Shown here: piece by piece, positions 22,368 to 31,664 of the stretch
Numbering within the stretch: the stretch's first letter is position 1
Layout: each line of letters starts with the position of its first letter
Source: an uncultured Nitrospinota bacterium
GTDB lineage: Bacteria > Tectomicrobia > Entotheonellia > J063 > CAVPRW01
Length of the DNA stretch: 64,000 nt
Assembly: GCA_963707985.1 (NCBI GenBank)
Contig: CAVPRW010000037.1
Span: 64,001-128,000, forward strand
Direction: 5' to 3'
Program-made: the position numbers and the translations under genes
Notes under the pieces: generated by a model
Database searches by the model: none
What the model was told of the DNA's origin: nothing
Seen by the model: the letters and a program-made list of their open reading frames with translations, nothing else

Positions 22368-22610
22368 GTGCGCTTCACCATTGACCATGTGCAGCCCCAG
22401 TCCACGGGCGGCTCGGATGACGCCGACAACTTGGCGTTGCCGTGTCGCAACTGTAACGAACGGCGTGGCAATCGCCTTGGAGGCCGCGATGCAGAGACAC
22501 AGGAGGTCATCCCACTCTTTAACCCGTGCCGGGATCAGTGGGCAGAGCACTTTGCCTGGGACGAACAGCGATGGGACGTACGACGATCGAGCAGATGGAT
22601 ATCATCCGCC
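22368..22610 (+). pseudogene. HNH endonuclease fragment
   Basis: IDHVQP...GGSD..DNL..CRNCN, LFNP and WAEHFAW; N-terminus missing. Confidence 0.75.
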
Positions 22611-22813
22611 GCTGGAAGGTCCAGATTCGCGGATATACCAGGCCGCATCAGTATCTGCGTAGCACTACCCACCACGACAGCCTCATGGATAAGATGCGTC
22701 TCCTCACCGGTGCTATGAGACTTCTCCTATCCATTCATCTGGGTATGCCGTGAAGCTGGCGACATGTTTCTCCTGTTGCCGGCGATTGTCTCGCGCCCTG
22801 ACCGCTACCGGCC

Positions 22814-23926
22814 TCAGACGAGCGCCGGTGGGAGGGCTCCACTCAGCACGTGGAGGGCCTCGAAGAGATAGTACGAGCCCCAGATCAGCTCGTGCTGGGT
22901 TGCGAGGTTGATCCGTTTGTTATAGCAGCCATGGGAGAGAATCCCCCGCTCATCGAGGTAGCGCTCGACCAGCGCGGTCACCGTGGCCTCGGCGGCGGCC
23001 TGGTAGCGCGTCCGCTGACTCTCCTCCGGGGCCAGTGCGGCCAGCTTCAGCAGCGCCGCGGCAGCGATGGCCGTGCCCGAGGTATCCCGGGGGGTGTCTG
23101 GCCCCACGGGCGCGTCGAAGTCCCAAAAGGCAACACGGTCGACGGGCGCATGGGCCAGCCACCAGTCTGCCGCGCGCGTCGCCACGTCGAGGAAGTCGCG
23201 CTCCTGCGTCCACAGATACATGACTGCATAGCCCACCATAGCCCAGGCCTGGGCGCGGATCCAGGTGCTGTCGTCGCGGACTCCCTTGTGAGTGTAACGG
23301 CGGAGCAGGTGGCCGGTCTGTGGGTCGAAGGAGGCCGACTGGCAGACCGAGCCGTCTCCTCGAATACAGAACTCGATATGCCGGTGCGCATGGCACACCG
23401 CCATATCGCGCAGGCTGGGGTCCCCGAGCTCCGGCGCCGCCCAGACCAGGAGCGCGGCACCCTGAACGCCGTCGATGCTGGACTCGCCGCGCCCGACGTC
23501 GGAGGCCTCTTCGGCCTCGGTGCCGAGCGGCAGGACGCCCGCCTGCGGGTTGAAGCTGGCGGCCAGGCCCTGCGCCCCCTGGAGGGCGACGTCGCGTGCC
23601 AGGGGGTCGGCGAGAAGGACCGAGCCGAGGAGGGCACCGTAGTAGAAGAGGAAGCCCCGAAAGATGGTGTCAGAGTCAGCGCGTGGGCGCAGCCGTTCGG
23701 TCCAGTGCTAGGCCCAGTGCCGGTAGCGGGCCTTTCCGGTGTGGTGGGTGGCCAGCCAGCACATACCATTCCAGAAGCCTCCCGTCCAGTCCCCACCGGG
23801 CGAAGTGGTCCACTGACCCGTGGCGGGATCGCCATAGTGCGGGAAGCCGTCGGTGACGCGCTCGCCGGTGTCATCGACCCGGCGGAGGAGCCGTTGCAAC
23901 CCGTCCTGCCACGTGGTGCTTGTCAT
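22814..23926 (-). pseudogene. GH88-like (unsaturated glucuronyl hydrolase) gene with one in-frame TAG at 23708-23710
   Basis: DWTGGFW, SIDG, WIRAQAW, DTSG and LIWGSYY; both ORF halves share one frame (370 codons). Confidence 0.85.
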
Positions 23927-24039
23927 GCTGTCCTCCTTCCTGCCGGTGCGAGACTGTTCCTTAGCCTCATCGTCCCCCCCTGCATCCAGTCACCGCGATG
24001 CGTCCATGCCGCCCGGCGAGGCGAGCTCCGGTAAGCGGA

Positions 24040-25110
24040 TCACCTCGCCATCCGCTCGGCTGCGAAGTGTGGGATGACCTTCTCACCGAAGAGCCGGACG
24101 GACTGCTCGGCCTCGGCGTACGACATGTCGTTGAAGTTGACCTGCAGCGAGGCGTGGTCGACGCCGCCCATCACCCGATCGAGCTCAAAAAGCTGCTCGA
24201 TGATGTCAGCAGGCGTGCCCACGAACGCGGCGTGATGCTGGAGCTGCGACTCGAAGGTCTCGGCGCGCACCTTCTCGACCATCTTATCATAGTTCTTATA
24301 GACGACCGAAAGCTGTCGCCCCGCGTGCTCGGAGGTCGCGTCGGCGACCGATTGGAAGTGCCTCTCGATGCGCGGCTTGGCGATGCGGATCGCCTCTTCG
24401 CGGTTGACGTGGCAGTACATGAAGACGGCGAGCATGACCATCCCATGCCCAGGGTGCCCGGCGGAGCGCCAGGCCTCGCGGTAGGTGTGCACGAGCTCGG
24501 TCGGCGATGGGCCGACGCCGGGAATCGCCATCAGGTGGTAGCCGAGCCTGCCCGCACGCGCGAACGACGCTGGTGTGCCGACCGCGGCGATGTAGAAGGG
24601 CGGCTTCGGTCGCTGTGTCGGACGCGGCAGCGAGGTGACATGCTCGTACTGGTGAAACGGGCCGTTCGAGCATACGTGCTCGCCTTCGAGCAGAGCGCGG
24701 ACCTGCTCGATACCTTCCTCGAAGCGTGCCACGCTTTCATCCATAGAGACGCCGAAGTGGCGGAACTCATGGGGCAGGAAGGCGCGAGCAAAGCCGATAT
24801 CGAGCCGTCCGCCGCTGATCGCATCGAGCATGGCGAGCTCGCCGGCGAGCTTCAGTGGATGGTTGAACGCGGGCAGGACGGCACCGGTCACCAGCCTGGC
24901 GCGCTGCGTGCGCTGCGAGGCCGCGGTGAGGAAGATGATGGGATTCGGGCTGTAGCCGCCCCAGGGATGGAAGTAGTGCTCGACGATGCGCACGTGCGAG
25001 TAGCCGTACACGTCGCACCAGTCGACGAGACGTAGCGATTCGTCGAAGTATTGTCTGGCGCTCTTCTCCTCTGGCTTGACATCCGGAAAGAACGACATGC
25101 CGAATTCCAT
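24040..25110 (-). CDS. LLM-class flavin-dependent monooxygenase
   Basis: VEHYF, HPLKLAGE, LDAISGGRL and P.P.Q.P.PP motifs. Confidence 0.93.
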   Translation of the reverse strand: MEFGMSFFPDVKPEEKSARQYFDESLRLVDWCDVYGYSHVRIVEHYFHPWGGYSPNPIIFLTAASQRTQRARLVTGAVLPAFNHPLKLAGELAMLDAISGGRLDIGFARAFLPHEFRHFGVSMDESVARFEEGIEQVRALLEGEHVCSNGPFHQYEHVTSLPRPTQRPKPPFYIAAVGTPASFARAGRLGYHLMAIPGVGPSPTELVHTYREAWRSAGHPGHGMVMLAVFMYCHVNREEAIRIAKPRIERHFQSVADATSEHAGRQLSVVYKNYDKMVEKVRAETFESQLQHHAAFVGTPADIIEQLFELDRVMGGVDHASLQVNFNDMSYAEAEQSVRLFGEKVIPHFAAERMAR

Positions 25111-25665
25111 AGGGTCTCCCCTCTGCATCGGTGTGTCATCTTGGCGTTCGGCACCTGGCATGTGCCGGTCGATAATGCCGCCGTGTCTCGGCCCTCAATG
25201 AGCAGCCGGACCGCAAGTGGTCTGACACACATCACACGCCCTGATGATGGCAGAGACGTGTCACCAGTGCAAGGAGGGCAACGCTACGCTCACCATCCTT
25301 GCCTTTGAGCTGATGGCCGTATAGTCCTTACGTCGAATCTTCTGCGCCAGGAATTCGGCCGACTCCCGTACCTTGAGGCGGAGCACCGCGGCGGCGATGA
25401 GCGCCGCCCCCAGGCAGAAGAGGCCCAGCAGGGGGAACCTGCCCAGCGCCAGCATCACACCCCCAAGCGAAGCCCCACCGGACACCCCCAGTTGGTTACT
25501 CACGGCGAACATGCCGATGGCGGTGGTTCGTGACTCGCCGGCCCGCTCCAGCAACCACGCCAGCGTCACCACGGTCGAGATGCGCGAGAGCGCGATCATG
25601 CCGCACGCCAGGGCGAAGCACGCGAGGGTGTGGCGATGGTCGGCGACCCACCCCCCCGGGACACC

Positions 25666-27086
25666 CTTTGAGGGGTAGGTTTTTTAGAACATGCGATCAA
25701 CACCATGGCAAGACAGGCCTCCTTGGGACATACTGTGGGTCTTCGCGTACCCCAGTGATCCCAGGAGGACAACCATGTCTTGCCAGAGCCGACTTGCCGA
25801 ATGGACGACCGTGATCCGCACGCATTTGCCGCTGTTGAGCCAACCCCAGGCCACCGTGCTGGCCCTGTGGAGCTTGGGCATGGTGCTGCGCGCGCTCGTG
25901 TGCCCTGACCGCCGTGGCCGTCTTTCTGGCCGGGTGGCTCCACCGCAAGGAGCAGACCGTGCGGCAACAGCTGCGGGAGTTCTGTGACGAGGTCGAGGCG
26001 ACACGCGGTGTCCAACGGCAAGCCCTGGCCGTGGAACCCTGTTTTGGGCCGCTGCTGCGCTGGGTGCTGAGCGATTGGCAAGGGACCCAAGTGGCGTTGG
26101 CCCTCGATGCCACCACCTTGGGCACCCGCTTCACCGTGTTGGCCATCAGCGTGGTCTATCGCGGCTGTGCGATTCCCGTGGCCTGGACGATCCTGCCGGC
26201 CAATGTGGCCCCATGCCTGGCGCCGCGAGTGGCTGCGCCTGCTGCGGCAGCTGCGGCCCGCCATCCCCAAGTCCTGGACGGTCATCGTGCTGGCCGATCG
26301 TGGCCTGTATGCCGGCTGGCTGTTTCGCCGTATCGTCCGGTTGGGGTGGCATCCGTTTTTGCGCATCAACCGCGGGGGGACCTTTCGCCCGGACCCGCAG
26401 GCCACGTACCGCCCGTTGCCCAGCTTCGTGCCCCAGCCCGGCACGCGCTGGCGGGGCACCGGCACCGCCTTCAAGAGCCGGCAGCGACGGCTGCGCTGCA
26501 CACTGCTGGCCTGCTGGGAAGAGGGGTACCAAGACCCCTGGCTGATCCTGACTGATCTGCCGCCCGACGCCAGCGAGGCGGGTTGGTATGGCCTGCGGGC
26601 CTGGATCGAACAGCAGTTCAAATGTATCAAACGCGCCGGCTGGCAGTGGCAGCGCACCCGCATGACCCAGCCCGACCGCGCCGCCCGCCTGTGGCTGGCG
26701 GTCGCCGTGGCCACGCTGTGGCGGCTCAGCGTCGGCGGCGCGGCCGAGGAGACGATCCCCGCGAGCACGCTGCTCGATGTCACCGACGCCCTGACCGGCC
26801 AGCGGCGCCAGCGGCGAGCGACCCGCCTGCGCGTGGTCAGTATCTTTCACCGCGGCTGGATCACCATCCTGGTCGCCCTGCTCGAACAGGCCCCCCTGCC
26901 GCTGGGCACCTTTCTCCCAGAGCCTTGGCCCAGGGTTCCAGAGTCTCGAGGCGCATCGTGTTATGCCTGATCCGGAGGTACAGTATCATGTCGCTGCCTA
27001 AAAAACCTACCCCAGAAAGCTCCCGGTGGGAGAGGGAGAAATGACCCAGGGTCAGTGTCGCGTCTAAAAAAACCTACCCTTGTGAG
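25666..27086 (+). mobile_element. IS4-like insertion sequence with 11-bp TSD
   Basis: IRL CTTTGAGGGGTAGGTTTTTTAG at 25666; matching right ends at 26998-27019 and 27064-27086; CCCGGGACACC duplicated at 25655-25665 and 27087-27097. Confidence 0.92.
25775..26970 (+). CDS. DDE transposase (IS4-like), two frameshifts
   Basis: LALDATT, VLADRG and Y..R.WIEQQFK (YREK-type); AGGAGG RBS. Confidence 0.88.
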
Positions 27087-27855
27087 CCCGGGACACCGCC
27101 CACGATGAGACCACCTCTGGCAACGTGGCGACGGAGAGCAAGATAAGCAGCCATGTGGGGGAGTCGTGCCGTAAAGCCATGGATTTCTCGCTTCCGGTGT
27201 CGTGGTTCGTGACAGTCGTGGGACCGTTGATCTGGCCTACATCTGTCTCGACGATGGCCTCAGACTCCGCGACCCATGAGGCACTGGCCATCAGGCTTCT
27301 CCTCTGTCATCTGCAATCATCCTGAGTCGTACGCTGGAGGGAGCGGCAAGCTCATCTGGAAGCCACCGTGGTGGTGGGCAGCCTCAAATGGCTGCCGCCG
27401 TGTGCCAGCTCGTCCTGAATCTCCCACCGGTGCCCTTGAGATAGAGCAACTGCCGTGCCGACGAGCTGCCCACCATCTCGATCCTTCTATTGAATCGTGT
27501 ATGTATTGATTATATAGAACTTTTAGCTGATGGCAGAAGTGCACAGGTTGGAGGACAGGACCCCAGAGCGTGGCTCCGACGGTGGCAGGCTTCGCCTGGA
27601 GGGGGTGGCAACCTTCCCGTGGTCCACGTGGCAGCGTTCACGTGGACGGGGTGGAAGGCTTCACGTGGATTGAGTGGCACCTTTCCCATGGAGGTAGCTC
27701 CACAGCTAATCGTGGTCCCCGCACCATCGCTCGATGAGGCGGTTGAGCGCATGTGAGGGACGCCCACGGTGCTTGGGTGGCAGACATCCGTGGAATATGC
27801 ATCGCCAGTGCATCGCCTCCACGGGGCCCGCTGTTCCGTGTCTTTCCGCACGCCT

Positions 27856-29256
27856 TTACGTCCCCGCCTCAGATGACAAATCCAGCGGACTTTGTAACGG
27901 CTTGAGGTCGGATTTGATCGTATGAGTATAGATCATCGTGGTCCGCACATCGCTGTGGCCAAGCATCTGCTGAATCTGGCGGATGTCGTAGTTCGCCTGC
28001 AATAGATGCGTGGCGAACGTGTGCCGCAGGGTGTGCGGAGACACCCGCTTGGGAATGCCCGCCTCGCGAGCCGCCGCCTTGATCGCCCGCTGCATATCGG
28101 TGTCATGCATATGGTCACGCCGCACTTCGCGCGTGGCCTCCACGAGCGTCAGACGGTGTGCGGGAAAGAACCACTGCCAGACGAGGTCCCGCGCCGCCGA
28201 CTTCGCCTTCTTTGCGAACGACGCCGGCAGAAACACTCCGTCATAGCCCTTCTTCAGGTCCTCTTGATGGAGCGCCCTCGCCTTTTCCAACTGCTGCATA
28301 AGGGCCCCATGGATCTTCTTCGGCAAGGGCACGGTCCGCGATTTGCCGCCCTTGCCGAACTGGATAGAAAGCATCCCCGTGTCAAAATTGAACTGGTGGA
28401 TCCGTAGATTGGCCGCCTCGGAAAGCCTCAAGCCACACCCGTACATAAGCATCGCCAGTAATTTATTAGGCTCTTTCAACGCAGCCAACAGCCGTTCCAC
28501 CTCCTGACGTGAAAGCACGGTTGGGATGGACTTGCGTCGCTTGGCCCGTGGCGTCCCCGAAAGATCACCGAGTTCCTTGATGAACACATGTCGGAACAGA
28601 AACAGCAGGGCGTTGAACGCCTGGTTTTGCGCCGAAGCCGACACCTGTTTCCTGACGGCCAGATCGGCCAAAAACTGCTTGGCCTCCGCGCCCGTCAACT
28701 CCGCCGGATGGGTATTGATCATGGACCCCCGGAACTTCCGCAGCCATCCCGCATACGCTTGGAGCGTCTTGGGCGAATAATGGCGCAACATGATTTCGTC
28801 TTTCAACTTCGCTTCCACCTCCTGCCACGCCGCGTGCGTCTGATCTCGCGCGCCATTGGCCTGGACGAGGACATGCGCGTGTGCCTCCATCCTGGGAGAT
28901 GGACCGATGATGCTCTCCGGCTTCCGTGCCGCGAGACCGTCTTCTCCGTCTTTCGGCGCGGTCGGCGCGCCAGCGTCGTCGTCTCGCCACGAAAACACCG
29001 CCGGCGACAAGAACACGGCGTCATATTCAACCGCGCAGTGTGCCTGGGCCCGCTGTGGGGCCGTTTGACCTTTCGACGCCAGTTTTCCCATAAACAACTG
29101 CAGGCTCTTGGACTCGGTGGGATTGTGGCGGTACTTCTGGCAAAAATGCAGATAGAACCGCACCCATGTGTGGTAGTTCCGCCATTGGTCACGCGGCACC
29201 TGCCTGGCCGCGAGGACCTCGCCGTATCTCATATCGGGGGCCGGGAACGCGCTCAT
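27856..29256 (-). CDS. intI: Integron integrase with long N-terminal extension
   Basis: YGCGLR, GKGGK, integron-specific WQWFFPA insert, HTLRH, LGH and MIYTH; GGAGGAG RBS before ATG 29256. Confidence 0.96.
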   Translation of the reverse strand: MSAFPAPDMRYGEVLAARQVPRDQWRNYHTWVRFYLHFCQKYRHNPTESKSLQLFMGKLASKGQTAPQRAQAHCAVEYDAVFLSPAVFSWRDDDAGAPTAPKDGEDGLAARKPESIIGPSPRMEAHAHVLVQANGARDQTHAAWQEVEAKLKDEIMLRHYSPKTLQAYAGWLRKFRGSMINTHPAELTGAEAKQFLADLAVRKQVSASAQNQAFNALLFLFRHVFIKELGDLSGTPRAKRRKSIPTVLSRQEVERLLAALKEPNKLLAMLMYGCGLRLSEAANLRIHQFNFDTGMLSIQFGKGGKSRTVPLPKKIHGALMQQLEKARALHQEDLKKGYDGVFLPASFAKKAKSAARDLVWQWFFPAHRLTLVEATREVRRDHMHDTDMQRAIKAAAREAGIPKRVSPHTLRHTFATHLLQANYDIRQIQQMLGHSDVRTTMIYTHTIKSDLKPLQSPLDLSSEAGT

Positions 29257-29434
29257 GCATGACTCCTCCGCCGTTCTTATCCAGCTGCTGGATATTCTTA
29301 CATGACGCATGTTCTACAGCAGTAATGGGGATGTCAAGGCGTTGGCCATTGAGACGTGATCGTGACAGCCTGATCGTGACTCTCTGAATTGAAAGGGGGT
29401 ATTCAAAAAATGCGAACGTAGCGGGGTTGAGCGA

Positions 29435-29443
29435 TGTTATAAT
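29435..29443 (+). promoter_or_regulatory. Extended -10 cassette promoter (Pc-like)
   Basis: TGtTATAAT 23 nt upstream of the putative attI, pointing into the array. Confidence 0.65.
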
Positions 29444-29472
29444 GCCGGGTTACCAATGCCGGAGTGTTAGAC
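29441..29472 (+). other. Putative attI site
   Basis: GTTAGAC (GTTRRRY) at 29466-29472 between the divergent intI and the array; AATGCCGG direct repeat upstream. Confidence 0.6.
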
Positions 29473-29492
29473 GGAAAACGGTTGACTCACTG

Positions 29493-29626
29493 GTTCTCCC
29501 GGACGCTGCGCGTCCGGGAGAACGCGGCAGCTAAGCCGTGAGCTCCTTCCCGCCGCTACGCGCCGGGAGAACCAGGAGCTCAAGACCGATGCCCCTTCGG
29601 GGCACGGCTTAGCTGCCGCGTTCGGC
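29493..29626 (+). repeat. Structured ORF-less element ending in an attC-like R' box
   Basis: Perfect 14-bp hairpin 29493-29523; perfect 21-bp inverted repeat 29520-29540/29603-29623; GTTCGGC at 29620. Confidence 0.75.
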
Positions 29627-29669
29627 TTCAACGGAAAGAAGAAGGTTGGAATGAGGCTGACTTGAGGAG

Positions 29670-30662
29670 ATGACCATGTGGGGCAGCACCGTCGGAGTCA
29701 TTGTCACGCTCCTCCTGGGCCTGCTCGCAACGCCAGGCGCCGTCGAGGCGCAGCCAGCGCAGCACGTCCCCCGCCTAGGCTTCCTCAGTGGGGGCACCCC
29801 TGCCGCGAACGCGGCCCGCGTCGAGGCCTTCCGGCAGGGACTGCGCGAGCTAGGGTACGTGGGGGGGCACAACCTGGTGATCGTGTGGCGCTATGCCGAG
29901 GGCCAGATCGAGCGTCTCCCCGCGCTGGCGGCCGAACTCATGCGTCTCGAGGTGGACGTCATCGTCACGGCGGCTCCAGGACCAACCCGTGCTGCCAAGG
30001 AAGCCACGGCAACGATTCCCATTGTTATGGCGTATGACAGTGACCCGGTGGGCAACGGGTTCGTCGCCAGCCTGGCGCAACCGGGCGGGAACATTACGGG
30101 ACTGTCGAGCCTGGCCCCGGAAATCAGCGGCAAACAATTGGAGCTGCTGCGGGAGCTGGTGCCCAGGCTCTCGCGTGTGGCAGTGCTCGGGACCTTTGAC
30201 CCGCTCTACGCCAGCAGGTTACACGAGATAGCACACGCCGCGGGGGCGTTGCAGGTCCAGCTGCAAGACCTCGACGTGCACGGTCCCGAGGATATGGAGA
30301 GGACATTCCAAGAGGCGCGTGCAGGGCGTGCGGACGCCGTCCTTGTGCTAGCGAGCCCCATCCTCGAATCGCACCGCTCAGAAGTGGCAGCGCTCGCGGC
30401 AAAACACCGACTCCCGACGATCTATCATGTGGCAGAATTCGTGGAAGCCGGGGGGCTGCTGTCCTATGGCGTGAGTTTTCTGGACTTGTACCGCCGTGCC
30501 GCTACCTATGTGGACAAGATCCTCAAAGGCACCAAGCCCGCGGACTTGCCCGTGGAGCAGCCGACGAAATTCGAGCTGGTCATCAATCTCAAGACAGCCA
30601 AGGCGCTCGACCTTCCCATCCCCCCGATTCTCCTCTTGCAGGCGGATAAGGTGATCGAATAG
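29670..30662 (+). CDS. ABC transporter substrate-binding protein (ABC_sub_bind family), cassette 1
   Basis: AFRQGLRELGYV, SLAQPGGNITG and PVEQPTKFELVINLKTA. Confidence 0.95.
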   Translation: MTMWGSTVGVIVTLLLGLLATPGAVEAQPAQHVPRLGFLSGGTPAANAARVEAFRQGLRELGYVGGHNLVIVWRYAEGQIERLPALAAELMRLEVDVIVTAAPGPTRAAKEATATIPIVMAYDSDPVGNGFVASLAQPGGNITGLSSLAPEISGKQLELLRELVPRLSRVAVLGTFDPLYASRLHEIAHAAGALQVQLQDLDVHGPEDMERTFQEARAGRADAVLVLASPILESHRSEVAALAAKHRLPTIYHVAEFVEAGGLLSYGVSFLDLYRRAATYVDKILKGTKPADLPVEQPTKFELVINLKTAKALDLPIPPILLLQADKVIE

Positions 30663-30747
30663 GGAGGCAGGGGCACGGTACGGTGTCGCAAGACGTCCAG
30701 CAGGGAGCACAACAACGGTGTAAACAGTGCGGGATGGGAGCACCCCA

Positions 30748-30829
30748 GCCGAACCTCGCACTGGAGCCGACGCCCTACAGCCTACGCTACGCTCCGGCTT
30801 CCGGCAGCGGCTGACACCTGGCGTTCGGT
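30748..30829 (+). other. attC site 1
   Basis: GCCGAAC...CTGGAGCCG...CGGCTGAC...GTTCGGT; R'' is complementary to the GTTCGGC that opens this cassette. Confidence 0.9.
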
Positions 30830-30891
30830 GCTGCGCAGAAGAGAAGACATGAACTCAGTGGAGAGGTATATTCCTGCCGCTAGGGGTTGCA

Positions 30892-31140
30892 ATGCCGCTG
30901 CACCTATACCCAGATGTGTATGCCTCTGGCTCTGTGCCTCCTGGCTGGATGCCCACGAGAGGCGGCATAGTAAAATACCCGGTGCGTAATCCAGTCGTCC
31001 GTCGTTATCTTCGGCAACTGCTTCCTGGCAGATGGCAGAAGGTCATCAAGCAGGGTAACAGCGGAGAGGTGCACTATTTTGAACATACTTCTGGTCAAGT
31101 GGCCGGGGTCAAGTATTATGCGCATGAGGCGAACCCATGA
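30892..31140 (+). CDS. Small basic protein resembling a polymorphic-toxin C-terminal domain, cassette 2
   Basis: W-x-K...HYF...G-x-V..VK pattern; ATGA overlap with the next gene. Confidence 0.65.
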   Translation: MPLHLYPDVYASGSVPPGWMPTRGGIVKYPVRNPVVRRYLRQLLPGRWQKVIKQGNSGEVHYFEHTSGQVAGVKYYAHEANP

Positions 31141-31487
31141 ACCCTATATTGTCCCTCAAGGCTTTACTGGCGGCATCGGGTGGAACGTCAGCCCAGCAAT
31201 TCGTGCTCTTCGCGCTGCTGACCCTCGGTATGCTTGAGTCACTGGCCAACGGTGTACTCAGCGCCACGGACGCGCTACGCATGTTCTTCCATGCCGAGAA
31301 TTGTCTGTTTGTCCGTAAGCAATTGCGCGACAAGACCGCCGATGCCATCATGAGTCATGGCGTCCAGTTACCCGACCTTGTTGAGGCGCTCCCGCTGGCC
31401 GAAGCTCATCGGGAGTTTCAACGGGAGTTGGCCGCTATGCGTGCGCTGTGCCTGAAACTGCTGGAAGAGAAGCCATTCGTCGCGTAA
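31137..31487 (+). CDS. DUF3969-like putative immunity/antitoxin protein, cassette 2
   Basis: LGMLESL..G.LS..DA...F...I...G..L.DL pattern recalled for DUF3969; translationally coupled. Confidence 0.65.
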   Translation: MNPILSLKALLAASGGTSAQQFVLFALLTLGMLESLANGVLSATDALRMFFHAENCLFVRKQLRDKTADAIMSHGVQLPDLVEALPLAEAHREFQRELAAMRALCLKLLEEKPFVA

Positions 31488-31533
31488 GCTGGGGGCGGTG
31501 GTGTGAGAACTTGTCGTGCCAGGGGCTTCCCGC

Positions 31534-31643
31534 ACCGAACCACCCACTGCAGCGGACGGGGGGACAGCGGTGGTTTCCTGCTCAGTGCCTCAGTCACGGG
31601 GCATTGGCAGTTCTGCCCCCGCCGCTGAGCGGGGGCGTTCGGC
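31534..31643 (+). other. attC site 2
   Basis: ACCGAAC...CTGCAGCGG...CCGCTGAG...GTTCGGC; R'' is complementary to the GTTCGGT that opens this cassette. Confidence 0.92.
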
Positions 31644-31664
31644 TTCACAACACATAGGATCAAT

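Larger units (their letters stand above)
25261..27180 (-). pseudogene. MFS transporter pseudogene, internally deleted and interrupted by the IS
   Basis: N-terminal piece (TWLLILLSVATL) right of the IS and C-terminal helices left of it; reading GGLIVGGVPG-GWVADH continues across the TSD. Confidence 0.65.

Noticed and set aside
23708..23710. Pyrrolysine at the GH88 amber codon
   Set aside because: No pyl genes in view, the site does not look catalytic, and the neighbouring operon gene is already a pseudogene; a nonsense mutation or base error is simpler
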